Source: Lytechinus pictus (taxonomy: Eukaryota). From it: a DNA stretch of 64,000 nucleotides. The stretch's first letter is position 1, and each line of letters begins with the position of its first letter. The translations under genes and the position numbers were made by a program. The DNA is taken from positions 23,436,001 through 23,500,000 of the forward strand of contig NC_087260.1 of assembly GCF_037042905.1 (NCBI RefSeq), written 5' to 3'. This document shows positions 25,774-38,981 of this stretch, piece after piece. The notes below the pieces were generated by a model, which had not been told where the DNA came from, searched no databases, and saw nothing but the letters and a program-made list of their open reading frames with translations.

Positions 25774-26164
25774 CCTGGGGGAGTCAAATATATTGCTGTA
25801 CACACGCGTGACCAAAAACGTGTTTAAAGGGGTGTTTTTTCAGTTTTGGACCGGGCCGGCGCGTGCACTCGTTAAGGTTATCAAAAACACTGATTTTCAA
25901 AAATAAGGGTGGTTTGGAAAGACTGGTCAATGGTCAATTGCGGGGTATTTAAGGTATTTTTTTCCAAAAGCTTTTTTTTTTAAGACTAGCCAAACGTGTT
26001 TAGGGTATTTTTTTTTTCGCCGACAACTTGTTTAGGGGCCAAAAAGCTCGTGAAAATCTTGTTGGGTTATTTTGCACACAGAGAAAAACTCATTTAAGGG
26101 GTGTTTGGAAATCATTTGGCCACGCGTGTGTACATTAGTACATTTGACTGCCCCCCCTCCCGGA
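25774..26164. mobile_element. MITE with CC(C/T)GGG-type termini and 8-bp TSD (unclassified)
   Basis: TGATAGAG at 25766-25773 and 26165-26172. TIR AGTCAAAT..GTACACACGCGTG pairs with CACGCGTGTGTAC..ATTTGACT. Confidence 0.75.
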
Positions 26165-26459
26165 TGATAGAGGATCATAGAGACATTATAATGTGATGAA
26201 TTGTTTATCAGCAAATGTGTATAGTACAGGTACATGTAAGTGAGGTAAATTTTAAAGTTAAATCTATTGGGATGTAAAAATATGTTCTTAGGAGTAATTT
26301 GGCTTATCAAAAGAGAGGTTAATGATGAACACAATGTTTTCCATAATCTGGTGATGGTCTAAAAAAAGAAAGCTTTGAATATTCGACTTATATGGAAAGG
26401 TCGACTCGAATACCTTATTTTAAAAATTTAAGCCAGTTCACATAATGTGTTTACCAATA

Positions 26460-27222
26460 TAATAATAGGCAATCATAAAGCGCCATCTATCTAAAAGAAT
26501 GTATCCCGATGTGCATTGTTATTATTACCCCAGCTGTAGCTCAAGCTGCCTTTCAGCGCTCAGTGCATTTCAAGGAATTACTAAGTAAACCTGCCAGGTA
26601 CCCATTTACCTTATCTGGATTGAGTGCAGCACAATAGGTGGTTTCAAACCGCCTCGATCACAAGAATCCCCGTTAAATTACGAGAACTTTTTTAGGCTGA
26701 AAAATACCCATTAATTATTCCTGCATTCACACCGCCCTGAAACATACCCTTCGGGATAAGTTCCTGAAGTTACGAGCATGCGCAGTATGGTCTGATAAGC
26801 AGCAAGGCGCGAAATTCAAAATCACTAGCCCAGCAGCAACCCATGCACGGCGCCGCACCCAACGACACCCTGGGCTAAAAGTTCCCGTAATTTGCTTTCA
26901 GACCGCCAAAATACCCACGACCTTGGAAAAATCCCCGCGAAAGTTCTCGTAATTTCGCCAAGTACCTACTATTTATCGGGTATTTTCTTTCGGGGATATT
27001 ACGCGTAATTTGCTTTCAGACCGCCAAAATACCTGGTATTTTCTGATCGGGGTAAATTTCCCGATCAGAGAATACCTGGAACTGGCGAACTTCGAGGCGG
27101 TCTGAAACCACCTAATGAGGCTAAATTTCTTGCTGTTCAAGGAAAACACTCCATGGCTGCGATTCAAACCCACGTCCCTTTGATTGATTGAAAGACGTGA
27201 GTTGTAACCACTAGACCACTGT
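26460..27222 (-). mobile_element. SINE (tRNA-like head at right end) interrupted by a MITE
   Basis: On the minus strand the head reads CAGTGGTCTAGTGGTTA...GGTTTGAATCGCAGCC (A/B-box-like). The body matches the other SINE copies. Confidence 0.75.
26636..27113. mobile_element. MITE with 3-bp AAT TSD (PIF/Harbinger-related)
   Basis: TIR AGGTGGTTTCAAACCGCCTCGA pairs with TCGAGGCGGTCTGAAACCACCT. AAT at 26633-26635 and 27114-27116; removing the element plus one AAT restores SINE spacing. Confidence 0.85.
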
Positions 27223-28184
27223 ACCTTAATATTTAATGAAAAGGGGGATATAAACCCTAAAAGAGGAGTTTGCAAAATGTAATGAAAAAAACCCCAAAAG
27301 ACATACAAACCCTGCCAAATAGAACGAGTGTGCAAAAGAAATTGTCAAAGTCGATCTTCATTTGAATGTGTTTTTAACTTTTTTTTCACTGTCCACGTCG
27401 AAAAGAGAGATAACTCTGGTCCCCCTGCACAATAATCAAATTTATCAAATCCCTTTGAACCATCATGGCACGAACCATGAGAGTAATTGAATAATTGAAT
27501 GAAGACTCAGAGTCAATATCTAGCTGTAATTTAGACACTCCTTGGCTTGTATAATTGGATTAATGAATGAGATTTGATTTCTTTTGAGAGGCTTTTGGAC
27601 GAGAATATTCCAAGGTGCATGCATTGTAAATGCTCTATATTCAGTCGATTGTCAATGTACCTTCTATCAAGAAAGAGAAATGTGACTGAGAGAGTGAAAA
27701 TAGTCATCGCTGCCATAACACCTCAGGTTACAGGGTTTTAAGAAAGAAACCGTTATTTGGATATGACATTACGTGTAGTAAAAAAAAAATCAGAATCTTA
27801 GATACTATGTCTTGCACCCTAGTGGTGAAATCTGCATTGTTGACAAGATTTGAAGAAATTTACATTTTCGAAACTAGTCGCAAACCAGCATAAATATTTA
27901 AAGGTTTTTAATGATTTTAGGGAACAGTGCTCTAAATTTGCTTAAAATAAAAAACATTACCCCACACAAAAGACAAAGAGGGAATATATATATGTACTGT
28001 AGAAAGCTGATTATATCACCATTTCCTATTGATTCAGGTCATCCCATGATGTATGTTGTTATTTTCATCTAATCATTGTTTCATTATATAGTGCAAAAAA
28101 TCTGAATGCTATTGCTCCAATAGTGATGTTTTAATTTCCCTGTGTTGTTGTTGTTGGTTGGCAACAGATGGAGATAGAATTAAG

Positions 28185-30297
28185 CAGGGTTGTAATAAAA
28201 AACGTTTTTTATTAAAAAAAACAAATAAAACGTTTTTTATTGTTTTAAAACGTTTTAAATCGTTTTAAAACGTTTTTTTCCAACGAACGTTGTAATTTTC
28301 TGTAAATCAATTAAATTGTACACTTAATACAGTATGATTTAAGCTCTTGATGTTTTAAATACATTTTTGGAGTAAGTAAGAGATTACTACAATTTTTTTT
28401 TCCCCCAAAATTAATACTAAATCAAGGAAATTGAATGCCGAAAAAGTAAGTTGACATTTCATAAGTTTATTCCTCATACATATGATGTAGTCTCAGGGTT
28501 TTTTGAGACTTGTCAATCTAGGGGGTGAGAAGAATTCACACAATGTAAGAAAATGACATGATCTATAGACTATAGGCTTTCAAAGCTTAATTTCATTTAC
28601 TCAATACGCTTTATTTCATTTGAATCAATTATACCAATTTTAAGTAATAATAATAATAAAAGTCCGCTTTAATATAGTGCTTAATACATCGGAACAATGT
28701 GTTTAAGTGCTTTAAAGATTTATTATTACCCCAGTCATCAGATTCAATCAGTCATTCCCGCACACTATGTATGCACATCCTCCACTCCCTGGGTAGTATT
28801 CCAGTCAGTCGCCAGTGAGGCGCACACAGTACTGGACAAGCTACAATGACTTTTACATCCTACCGGGTACCCATAGGTGCATGAAATACAACATTGGGTA
28901 TAAATCTATAAATATTAGGCCCTTGAACTGCTGATTTCTTTAATTGAGGAATTCTGATCAAATTGTTTTTTTAATGTTTGTTTTAACTGTTTTTGGTTTT
29001 TTTACATATTTCTTATCTACAGTTTTGTGGTTACTTTGGGGTTTTTTTTATCGTTTTTTTAAATGGAAATTATTGGCAATAATTTTTCAATCATTAACAA
29101 AAAGTACAAATATTGATACAGATAAAAATGTTGGCAAAAAATTTCCATTGGCTTTATACATGAAATCACGATATTGAGCAATTCTGGTCTGACATGCACT
29201 TGTGTAATATCATGGAGCTATTTAATGTGGAGAGCTCCAAGGTAATATCATAACCGCATATCCATGCATGTATCCCAAATATAGTCTTGAACAATATGGC
29301 GTGGCCCTGTTGTGCTTATGGATTTTTCATGAAAATTTTAAGGGGGCCATTATGGTCCCCTGGGAGTGTTAGGGTTAAAGTTCAAGTCCACCCCAGAAAA
29401 ATGTTGATTTGAATCAGTAGAAAAAATTCAAACAAGCATAATGCTGAAAATTTCATCGAAATCGGATGTAAAATAAGAAAGCTATGAGTATGACATTTTA
29501 AAGTTTCGCTTATTTTTCACAAAACATTTATAACAACTCAGTGATGTGCAAATGAGAGAGTTGATAATGTCCCTCACTATTTCTTTTTTTTTTTTTTAAT
29601 TGTTTGAACAATACAATATTTAAATATTTACAGATTTGATAATAATGACCAACTTGACTGAACCAAAAAAATGTTAAAACAATGGTAGTTCCACACATGT
29701 TCAGGGAGGTAAAAAAGGTTTGCTAGCTGATTATCTTATACTGAATTAAATTACTTTTCTTCATCTTTACGAAGCGCAAAGTTTCACCTACTTTTGTGTG
29801 TACCTCAAGGTTACAATGTCAGTTATACAGTCTATTTGCAAAATATTATTATGTTTGTGCAACACTTCCATTTCATTCAAGTACTACTATTACATATTTG
29901 AGCTCATTTTAAATAGTGTTTCTTTCCCTGTCTAAAAGTGAGCACAACACTCAGATGTTTGTTAAAATGAGAATATTCTTAAATATGGATTGATTTGCAC
30001 AATTGAACAGGAGGAAAGGAACATGACAAAGCAATGGAGAAAGGGAGAATAAGGGGGGAAAGAGAGAGTAGAAAAATAGTGGTGTTGAAAAAGAGATTTA
30101 GTTACAAGAAAATAATAAACCACTTAAGAAATAAAAGTATAAAAAATAAATTAATGTAAAATCACATCCATGCATATTAATAACACACAAGTCTATGAGG
30201 TGTTTTAAAACACGTTTTTTTTGTAAAAAAAACGGGTGTTTTAAAACGCGTTTTAAAACATGTTTTAAAACGCACCGTTTAAAACGCGCCAACCCTG
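28185..30297. mobile_element. 2.1-kb non-autonomous hAT element, 8-bp TSD, with nested SINE and truncated TTAA-MITE fragments
   Basis: Termini CAGGGTTG...CAACCCTG; GAATTAAG at 28177-28184 and 30298-30305; subterminal GTTTTAAAAC arrays at both ends. Confidence 0.88.
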
Positions 30298-30878
30298 GAA
30301 TTAAGAATATAAAAAATATAGGCCTACCTTGCTACTTTGCATTCCATCATCATACTGTCGAAGCAGTTATTATTTCAAAATATCAAATTTCAGGATTGTA
30401 TTCATCCAGAAGCCTTCTTAGGTAAAAGTTTTCATTTATAGTAAAAAAAAAAAAACCCAGTGCCATTTTCCAGAGTGTTTGGCAAATGTGGATACTGGTG
30501 ATTGCAGCCCTATTTGATGCTTGGCTGATATCTGATTGGCCAAACATTTGTAATCATAGGCCAACAGGACTCTCAATACAGATGAAGAATGATCTAAAGA
30601 GAAAGAGAGTGAAAGGTAGACAAATAAATCTGGAGAAATAAGGGATGAGGGAGAAAGAGGTTGTCAGAGAAAGATAACTTTAGAGAAAAGCAGGGGATGA
30701 GGATATTGAAGACTATTGTTATTTGACCTTTTTGTGCTGATTGTGTACTACTTGGCATAAAAAAACCCACATTTTTAAAACATTTTTGGGGAGGTACTTT
30801 GAATCAATATTTTTCATAGGTCACTTTCATTTAGTCCTAGTATACAGCAAGGCATTTAGCGCAGCATGAAACCTTTAA

Positions 30879-31476
30879 AGGACAAGTCCACCCCAACAAA
30901 AAGTTGATTTGAAGAAAAAGAGAAAAATCCAACAAGCATAACACTGAAAATTTCATCAAAATCGGATGTAGAATAAGAAAGTTATGACATTTTTAAGTTT
31001 TGCTTAATTTCACAAAACAGTTATGCACATCCTGGTCGGCATGCAAATGAGGGAACTGATGACATCACTCATTCACAATTTCTTTTATATTTTATTATAT
31101 GAAATATGAAATATTCAAATTTTCTCCTCATTTTCCTATGAAACAAATTTTTATTCATCCCTGAACATGTGGTATTACCATTGTTATAACATTTTATGGT
31201 TCAGTTAAGTTGGTCCTTAATGTCAAATTGGTAAAAAATTAAATATTTTATGATTCAAACAATAAAAAACAAAAGAAATAGTGAGTGATGGACATCATTG
31301 ACTCTCATTTGCATGTCACTAAGTTGTATTAGAACTGTTTTTTGAAAAATAAGCGAAACTTCAAAATGTCATAACTTTCTTAATTTTCATCCAATTTCGA
31401 TGAAATTTTTAGCATTATACTTGTTTGATTTTTTTCTCTTGATTCAAATCAACATTTTCTGGGGTGGACTTGACCT
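30879..31476. mobile_element. Kolobok-like MITE, TTAA TSD
   Basis: TTAA|AGGACAAGTCCACCCC...GGGGTGGACTTGACCT|TTAA with long imperfect TIRs. Partial copies at ~29379, ~31680 and ~33670. Confidence 0.85.
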
Positions 31477-32185
31477 TTAACTTCATCTCTGTTAACCTGT
31501 CATAACATTAGGAAAGTAATGATAGATGGCAACTGTCTTAGTCCACCCCCTGTAGAGTGATAACTTGAGTTGCAAAGATGCATTTACACCAGTTGATATG
31601 TTCATGAATTAGTGATAATTCCTAAGTATTATGCAGGGAAATGCATGCTATTACAAAAAAGACCCATAAAATCCTGAAAAGGGAAGTCTACTCCAATAGA
31701 ATGTTGATTTAAATGGACAAATTAAACGAGCATCATATGATGCTGAAAATTTCATCAAATTTAATGTAAAATAAGTAAATACAAAAATTATTTTTGTCAT
31801 ACATGTACCTTTTATTAGTCAATTTTGATGAGATTTTCAGTGTTAGGCTTGTTTGATAGTCATCTTTGTTCGAATCAAATTTTGTTTCTAAAGGTGAATT
31901 CCCCTTCAAAGTTTGGTTGGTTTACATTCAGTTAATTTTTCTGTGTTCAACTTGATTTTAGGCTGGATTACAACTTTTAGAGGCTTGCATGTCTCTCTCA
32001 CAAAGAAAGCAGAATAGCTTTCAATGTGTACCTTAGGACAGTGTAAATAGCACAAGACAGTGGGAAATGTTATTTCCCTTATTAAATCTGTAATGTTGAA
32101 AGTAAAGTGCAGTGTATTCAGCTTCATGCCATGTATTCCCATGTGATCCACAAAACAAATCCCATCCAATACCTTGTTCTCTGTA

Positions 32186-33004
32186 CAGTGCGTCCCAGAA
32201 AAAACGAAACCGAGATTTAGCGATGATTTATCATAACTTAATCACAAATAAAATAGAAAAATGACCTACCAATGTAAAGCTTAGAATCTCTTCTTTCATC
32301 TGGTATTACTTAGATTATTCCTCATTCACGCATGATTGAGCAAAAACAATTCGAAGAAAGGATGCCAAAAACTCATTTGGCGGGGGGTATCTGAATTTCA
32401 AGAAGAAAATCACATGACTAAAAAGTTCAATATCTTCTCTTTTCTTTGATACCTAAATTACAGAAAATGGTCAAGTAGTAAAAAAGTTATGATCCCTCGA
32501 AACAATGCTTGTATTTCCATAATTTCATTAAATAAACGTGTTTTCACCGGTTTCCCACAGAAGCTATCGCACGGTAACAAAAGACTTAATGCATGGCTGA
32601 TCGTCAACAAAACGGAGTGTCGAGTGAGTTTGAACGCTAGCCTGTAAAACCTCTTCATTTTATGAAATTATTGAAATTCAAGCGTTATTTCAAATAACCA
32701 GAACTTTGTTATTTCTTGACCATTTTCTGTAATTGAGGTATCAAATTAAAGAGCAGATATTGAACTTTTTAAAAATGTGGTTTTCTTTTTAAAACCCAGA
32801 TACGGCCCGCCAAGTGACTTTTTGGTATCCCATTTTCAAATTGTCTTTGCTCACTCATGCTTGAATGAGAAATAATCTAAGTAATTTCAGATGAAAAAGG
32901 AGATTATAAGCTTTAAAATGGTAGGTCATTTGTCTATTGTATTTGCGATTAAGTTATGATAAATCATCGATAAATCTCGGTTTCGTTTTTTGTGGGACGC
33001 ACTG
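32186..33004. mobile_element. Tc1/mariner-type MITE, TA TSD, long TIRs
   Basis: TA|CAGTGCGTCCCAGAAAAAACGAAACCGAGATTTA...TAAATCTCGGTTTCGTTTTTTGTGGGACGCACTG|TA; the arms pair for ~300 bp. Confidence 0.9.
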
Positions 33005-36000
33005 TATGGTGATGTGGATCCCTGTACAGTGTACTCTGGTAACTGGAGAAAAAAAACGTTTGGTGTAGTGTACATGCAGATTCTATTTTAAATCAGGCTG
33101 CTTTTCTTTTTTTTAAGTAAATTTATTTATTTTATTTGATTGTAACTTTTATTTAAATCTACACTGATTGTACAGCCAAGTGCCAAGACCTATTGATTGG
33201 CCTTGGATATTGATGTAAAAATGTGTCCTCTAGAAAATGGCTTTGTCCTAAAAATGTTGAAGTTTAAAGCCCGCTGGAACACAACAAAAGTACACAGTGA
33301 ACGTAGGCATGACAGGCACAGACATCTTTGTAAAGCTTTGCAGTGCTTGTTCACTAAGGTTTGGTGTTTGGTGTAGGGCTGCAGTGATGAAAATATGTTT
33401 AGTGTGAACAGACCCAGTAATGTATGAAAATGAAAAATGTAAATCAAGTTTACATGTCAAATCTCTCATAGGAATATCCTGGTGTGCCAGATATAAGCGC
33501 TTTGTGTACATTTCTAGCATACCAACTGTTTGGACCTCCATCACATTCGGCCAATCGCAAGGCAAAGATCAACTCCCCTCGAACTCTGATAGTAGTCTGG
33601 CATTTCTGACTAGATGAAGGTTTCACAGATATTTTTCGCTCGTTGGCACATAAAGGGTAGGGGGAGTTAATGACAAGTCTACCCCAACAAAGAGTCGATT
33701 TGAAGAAAAAGAGACAAATCCAAAACGCTAAACACTGAAAATTTGATCAAAATCTGATGTTAAGTAAGAAAGAGCACATTTTTAAGTTTCGCTTCGTTTC
33801 GTAAAATAGTTGTATGCACTTTTTCCTAGAAATTTACATTGGTGCTGTCTGTTGTTGACCAGACATTTACACACACCACGATAATGCTTCAGGTTGCTAT
33901 AAGGTTCCTTGTCCAGATTCCATGTGTTTGTTGTAAATGTCATGTAATTCCTATCACTCTAGTCTGACATTGGTAGACTATCTCACCAAGGGAACAAGCA
34001 CCAGGAGGCAAAAATAGCAAAAAGGTATTGAGGCCAAGACTACCAGGAATAGACTCTCCTCTTACTTTCCCCTCTGGTCCTAAAACCTACAGCCGTCTAC
34101 CGGTCCCTCTCATCCATGATTGGTCCAGTCCGCCCCTCTGGAGGAGTAGAAGAAATCTTATACCAAGGCGGGGTGTTTGCTTGCATCATCATCGGCATCA
34201 ATACCGGTCCTGAGAGTCTGTCTCCATTACACAAAAGACGCTAGCTGGTTACCAATACTAGCATCACTACATCCTCTCTGCTACCACTGGCCGAACTCGC
34301 TCCCTGGTATGTCGCAGCATGGACCCTCTTGCCATTGGTACTGATGTACTGGTATAACCGTCTGCTATATGTGATTTGTGTTGGACTGTGATAATTCACA
34401 AGTGCAGTATGGATCATTCTCCATCTATTCAAGGAATGCACTAGATTTGGTGGATTTTGCATCTTTGTTTAATACATATGAAGGATTCCCACATTAAGTG
34501 GCATTTTTCAGGAACCTTTACTCTGGATTATACGGATTTACAGTATCAGAGCTCATCCATTACTCAATAAAGTTGGCATCTATTGTCTTTGGATCTACCT
34601 GTCTTTCTGGCTTGCAAGCATCTTGCGTTTATTTTGATAATCACATGGTATATTGTCACTGCAGATCTTACTGTACCATATGTCTTTGTCTTTGTCTTTG
34701 AAACAAAGATCAGTCTGCATTTGACATCTCTGAGTCAAAAAGACATGGAAGGATAATGAAATTTTCCTTTGCACTTCTTTTTAATTTCTCTGCCATTTTT
34801 GCTAAAATGTTTCATTTCAAAACATTTACCTCCAAACTCCAAAGTAAATGTATGCCTTTACATTTAATATTACCAATGTTTGAATGCTCTTTGGGCTTTT
34901 TGTAATGCTAGGTTTGAAGGGCGAACCTCTTGTTTATAGTGATATGAGCATTTAAATTCATTCTGACTGAGCGATAGCACACCTGTGTACAGGTGGATAC
35001 CCCAGGCTCCTTTTGTTATTTCATATGATTCTGTATATTTACCTTCAAGATTGAAGTAAAAGAGATTTGTGGCCCTCTTTCCAGATCTACATTGCTTTAT
35101 GTGCTTCTTTGTGGGAATATTTATTGGACATTTTAATTCAATGCTTTTCGCTGCAAGACAGTAATACTTGGCAAGATATCTGAACATGGCCTCTGGTGTG
35201 ATGATAGATGTTGACCCATTATACCAAGATAATTAATCTCATCATCTCAATGCCTTCCAGCCAGGGCTCAATAGATTAGGCTGGATGATTGAGTATTGCC
35301 AATCTATGGAATGCTATAGGTAGCACTCTTCTGCTATCGTATGAAGGGTTCATTGTCAAATTGATGTCTTCATTAGACACACTAAGCAACTGATAGCATA
35401 CCTTGAACTAACTTTGAATTGAAACCTTTAATCTCATCTTCATGATGTGGAAGAATGATGACTGTGTCAAATTAAAAGGGCCATTAGAGCCCATTTGAAG
35501 ACAAAATTAAGATTGGAGCCTAAATTTTAATATTAACAGATATTTGTTTGCACTACACTTCCCCATTTGTGCCAAATTGTCTCAATTTGTTCTCAATTAA
35601 TTTGTATTTTACTTATTAGGGCTCACTCAGAGCTTGATAAAACACAAAAGCAAAAGACCCTTGAAAGCATATTTGCATCTGGTATGTTGAATGGAATATA
35701 ACGCATCTTGCATCTTTCATAGCTGGTTCTCTTTTCATTTTTGAAGTTGATATGTTGCACTGAACATGGTCAAGCTCTGATGCTATCACCCCCATCGGCT
35801 ATCCCTTTGATGTCTGTTTGGTAATCTCAGAGATAACATTAATCTATACAAGTGTACCAAAACCCCCTCTAGTATGCCATTATCAGCTTTACAGTGTAGC
35901 AGTTATCTGTTATTGATTGTTGATATAGGACTTGCTGCAAGGCTGTGATGGTGTTCAGATGCACCAAGAGGGACATTCTGAAAAGCGGTTTGAAAAGATT

Positions 36001-36448
36001 TTGTTTGAAATCAATGTTATTTAGGAAGTTGATAAACAGCTTTCTTTACTTGGTCCATTCATTGGTACTGAGTGAAGGTTGGTAAGTATACTCAAGAGGT
36101 CTACATGTACCTTTCAAATATTGGAGCAGTGCTCTTTCCTTAATACTAAGTCCTACTTTTGACAGTTTATATGCATGTCCAATACATAGGCCTACATGCT
36201 TCCTTGATATCTCTTCATGAACACTTAGTATAAAGTTTATTTCAGAAAGCTTTATGCGAATGCAATGTGATAGTTTCTAATATTAAAAAAAATCTTGTTT
36301 TATGGAATGGGTAGTATCCCACCGCTGCCACAAAATCTATAAAAGAAAGAAAAACTTTGGGTTTTGGAGGCAAATTGAACACTTAACCTAATCCAGCATG
36401 AAAAATATACCCAGCTAATAAGTGGACAATCATATTTTATTTACTTAT

Positions 36449-36825
36449 TTCCATTTCGTCTAATGCCAAATTCGTCCAATTGCCAACTTTTCTACTATCA
36501 TTTGGTCTACCATCAGTTTGTCCACTTTCCACATGGTTTAATTGCCATTTTGTCCAATCACTCCAATGGCAATTTAGTCTAATAAACAGTTGATCCAATA
36601 GCCATTTAGTCCATATACCATTTGGTCTAAATGGACTAAGTGTTAATTACAAGTGCAAAATGAATGACAATGAAATTAGTCAACTGGTTATGAGACGAAA
36701 TGGTCATAGACTAATGGTGATTAGACAAGGTGATGATCGGACCAAGTGGTTATTGGACCAAAATCACCAAATGGTTGTTAGACGAAATGTTGATGGACGG
36801 AATGGCATTAGCATGAATGGAATTA
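36449..36825. repeat. Foldback repeat built of 15-16-bp units (TAGACCAAATGG-like), split by the Harbinger and resuming at 46662-46712
   Basis: CCATTTGGTCTA units on the left arm and TAGACnAAnTGG units on the right arm. Related remnants at ~12890-13040 and ~15620-15940. Confidence 0.75.
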
Positions 36826-37133
36826 GACCCCTGTTACACATGCGTCGGCTTTCAAAGCCGGCCCCGGAGGCGGCCTCACGCCTGCAATTTGAAGCCGCCT
36901 CAAAATCATCAAACCCCTGTTACACATAGTCTCGGGCCCGCAATTTTGCGTCTACACATAGGCCGGCCTCACGTCGCCTTTTCACGAGCTGACGTTGGGG
37001 CGCACTTCATGTAAACAAACGCTTAATATTTTCGCGCGGTTTGCAGGTCTTTTTAATTGCATTGGATCTCATCGACATCGCGACCGATCCGTACACATAT
37101 CTTACCTCCATATTTTGTTTATATAATTGCATT

Positions 37134-38981
37134 ATGAAGGTTAAGAATATCGTAACTATTATTTCTGATCGAAGGAGGGAATTTCGACGTGCTCAAAAAA
37201 GGCGATTCCGGGAGTTTGAAGCACGTCGTCGGCGAGTACGGTACTATTTTTTGTTATGTGCTATAACGTTTGCCTGCACCGTGGAAAGGAGTGTGTGGAT
37301 GAAGGAGCGATCTGGACATTTCTGGGAGAGGATAGTGGAAGGGAGATTCACGGCAAGAGATTTTCGTGAAAATTTCCGTGTGAACAAGTCGACATTTGAT
37401 TTTCTGTGTGGTGAGCTAGCACCGGCTATTCGTCGCCAAAACACACGATGGCGTAAAGCAGTTTGTGTCAGAAAGAGAGTTGCCATAACTCTGTGGCGTT
37501 TATCCACAAACTGCGAGTATCGAACAATCGGGCATCTTTTTGGGGTAGCGAGATGTACCGCCAATGTCATCGTCAACGACACCTGCCTTGTAATTGTACA
37601 AGAACTAATGAGAAGATATATTACCTTTCCTTCTGGAGATAGATTACGGGCAACTGTTCAGGGGTTCGAGGACATGGGGTTTCCCCAAGTTGCAGGTGCC
37701 ATTGATGGAACCCATATCCCTATAATTGGACCTGTTAATTACCATGCTGATTATCATAATCGAAAGGGATGGTACTCTGTCATTCTCCAGGCAGTTTGTG
37801 ACCATAAGTACATGTTCACAGATATCATGGTAGGATGGCCAGGACGCTGCCACGATGCCCGGGTGCTGGCAAACTCTTCTTTTCACCGAAGAGCGGAAAA
37901 TGGAGAACTGCTTCCAAATGTACGTTTACTTTTAAATCTAATTTATAAAACTTGAATTAAATTTCATTTTATTATTAAAGATTTAAGCCACAAAAGATTA
38001 TGATAGACTACAATCATTTAAAATCTCATAGATCTACAAGTCAATAGTAACATGCACATTTCATTTTTTTAAAGGGATAATATAAACAAAGGATTTAAAA
38101 CAATAAATAAACCTAGAGAAATCAAGCCTAGAATAAGGGTAGATCTTCTTTTAAAATTTCATAAGTAATAATAGGCTACCATTAGTTTGCTCCACCTATT
38201 CATCTAAAAACACTGAGGTTTGTGTGATTTTGATATTTCATCAGCAGGGCCATAGCCAGTGTTTGATGTTTGGGGGGCACATACATGTAATTGATCAACG
38301 TCCTGGGGAGGGGTCTATAAGGATGGGTGTGTGATCTTGGGGGGGGGGGGGGGCACGTGCCCCCCCCCCCCCTGGCTACGGGCCTGCATGTTCATCAGCA
38401 TGATCAATGTGTATTTTAATGAATTAATTTTAATATATATTTTTCTAAACATCTTCATGATATTAAAATAGACCTCTACTTAGTATTGATGTTATTAATA
38501 TTATTAAATGATTATATTTCATTATTATCATTTTCAATACATTGTTTTTGACCAGATGACAAGAAACATCAATGGCCAAGATGTTCCGCTGATGATACTT
38601 GGGGACCCTGCCTACCCACTGCTGCCATGGCTAATGAAAGGTTTTGCCGATAATGGTCGTCTGACTGAAGATCAGACTAACTTTAACTACAGGCTCAGCA
38701 GGGCGAGAATGGTCATCGAAGGTAGTTTTGGTAGACTGAAGGGGCGATGGAGATGCTTATTGAAGCGCAATGACAGCGCTCTTGAGAACGTAACTAATAT
38801 TGTTGGAGCGTGTTGTACCTTGCATAACCTTTGTCAGATGCAGTCCGATGAGCCAGATGACGAGTGGCTTGATGTTGCTCATGAATTACGAGAGTTTCAG
38901 CCACCTTGTCCTTTGCCAAATCAAAGGCCTGCACCATCAGCATCTGTAGTGCGTGATGCTCTTGTTCAGTATGTTAGGTAA
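37134..38981 (+). CDS. PIF/Harbinger DDE transposase (HARBI1-like, DDE_Tnp_4), 2 exons, ~403 aa
   Basis: Exons 37134-37919 (AAT|GTACGT) and 38556-38981 (TTTTGACCAG|ATG), phase 0. Motifs: [24 protein letters not shown] (HTH region), [68 protein letters not shown]. No internal stops. The start codon is inferred. Confidence 0.93.
38245..38386. mobile_element. Small hAT-like MITE nested in the transposase intron
   Basis: CAGGGCCATAGCCAG...CTGGCTACGGGCCTG. TTCATCAG at 38237-38244 and again at 38391-38398 after 4 extra bases. Confidence 0.65.

Noticed and set aside
23219-25805. Poly-S/H/D ORFs and X-containing ORFs
   Set aside because: They derive from GAT repeats and the N gap. The same applies to the ORFs at 4215-4551.
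27150-27222. tRNA gene
   Set aside because: It is the degenerate tRNA-derived head of a SINE; no intact cloverleaf is evident.
37134-38981. Domesticated host HARBI1 gene
   Set aside because: It is enclosed with a Myb partner by TIRs and interrupts another repeat, so it is a transposon gene.
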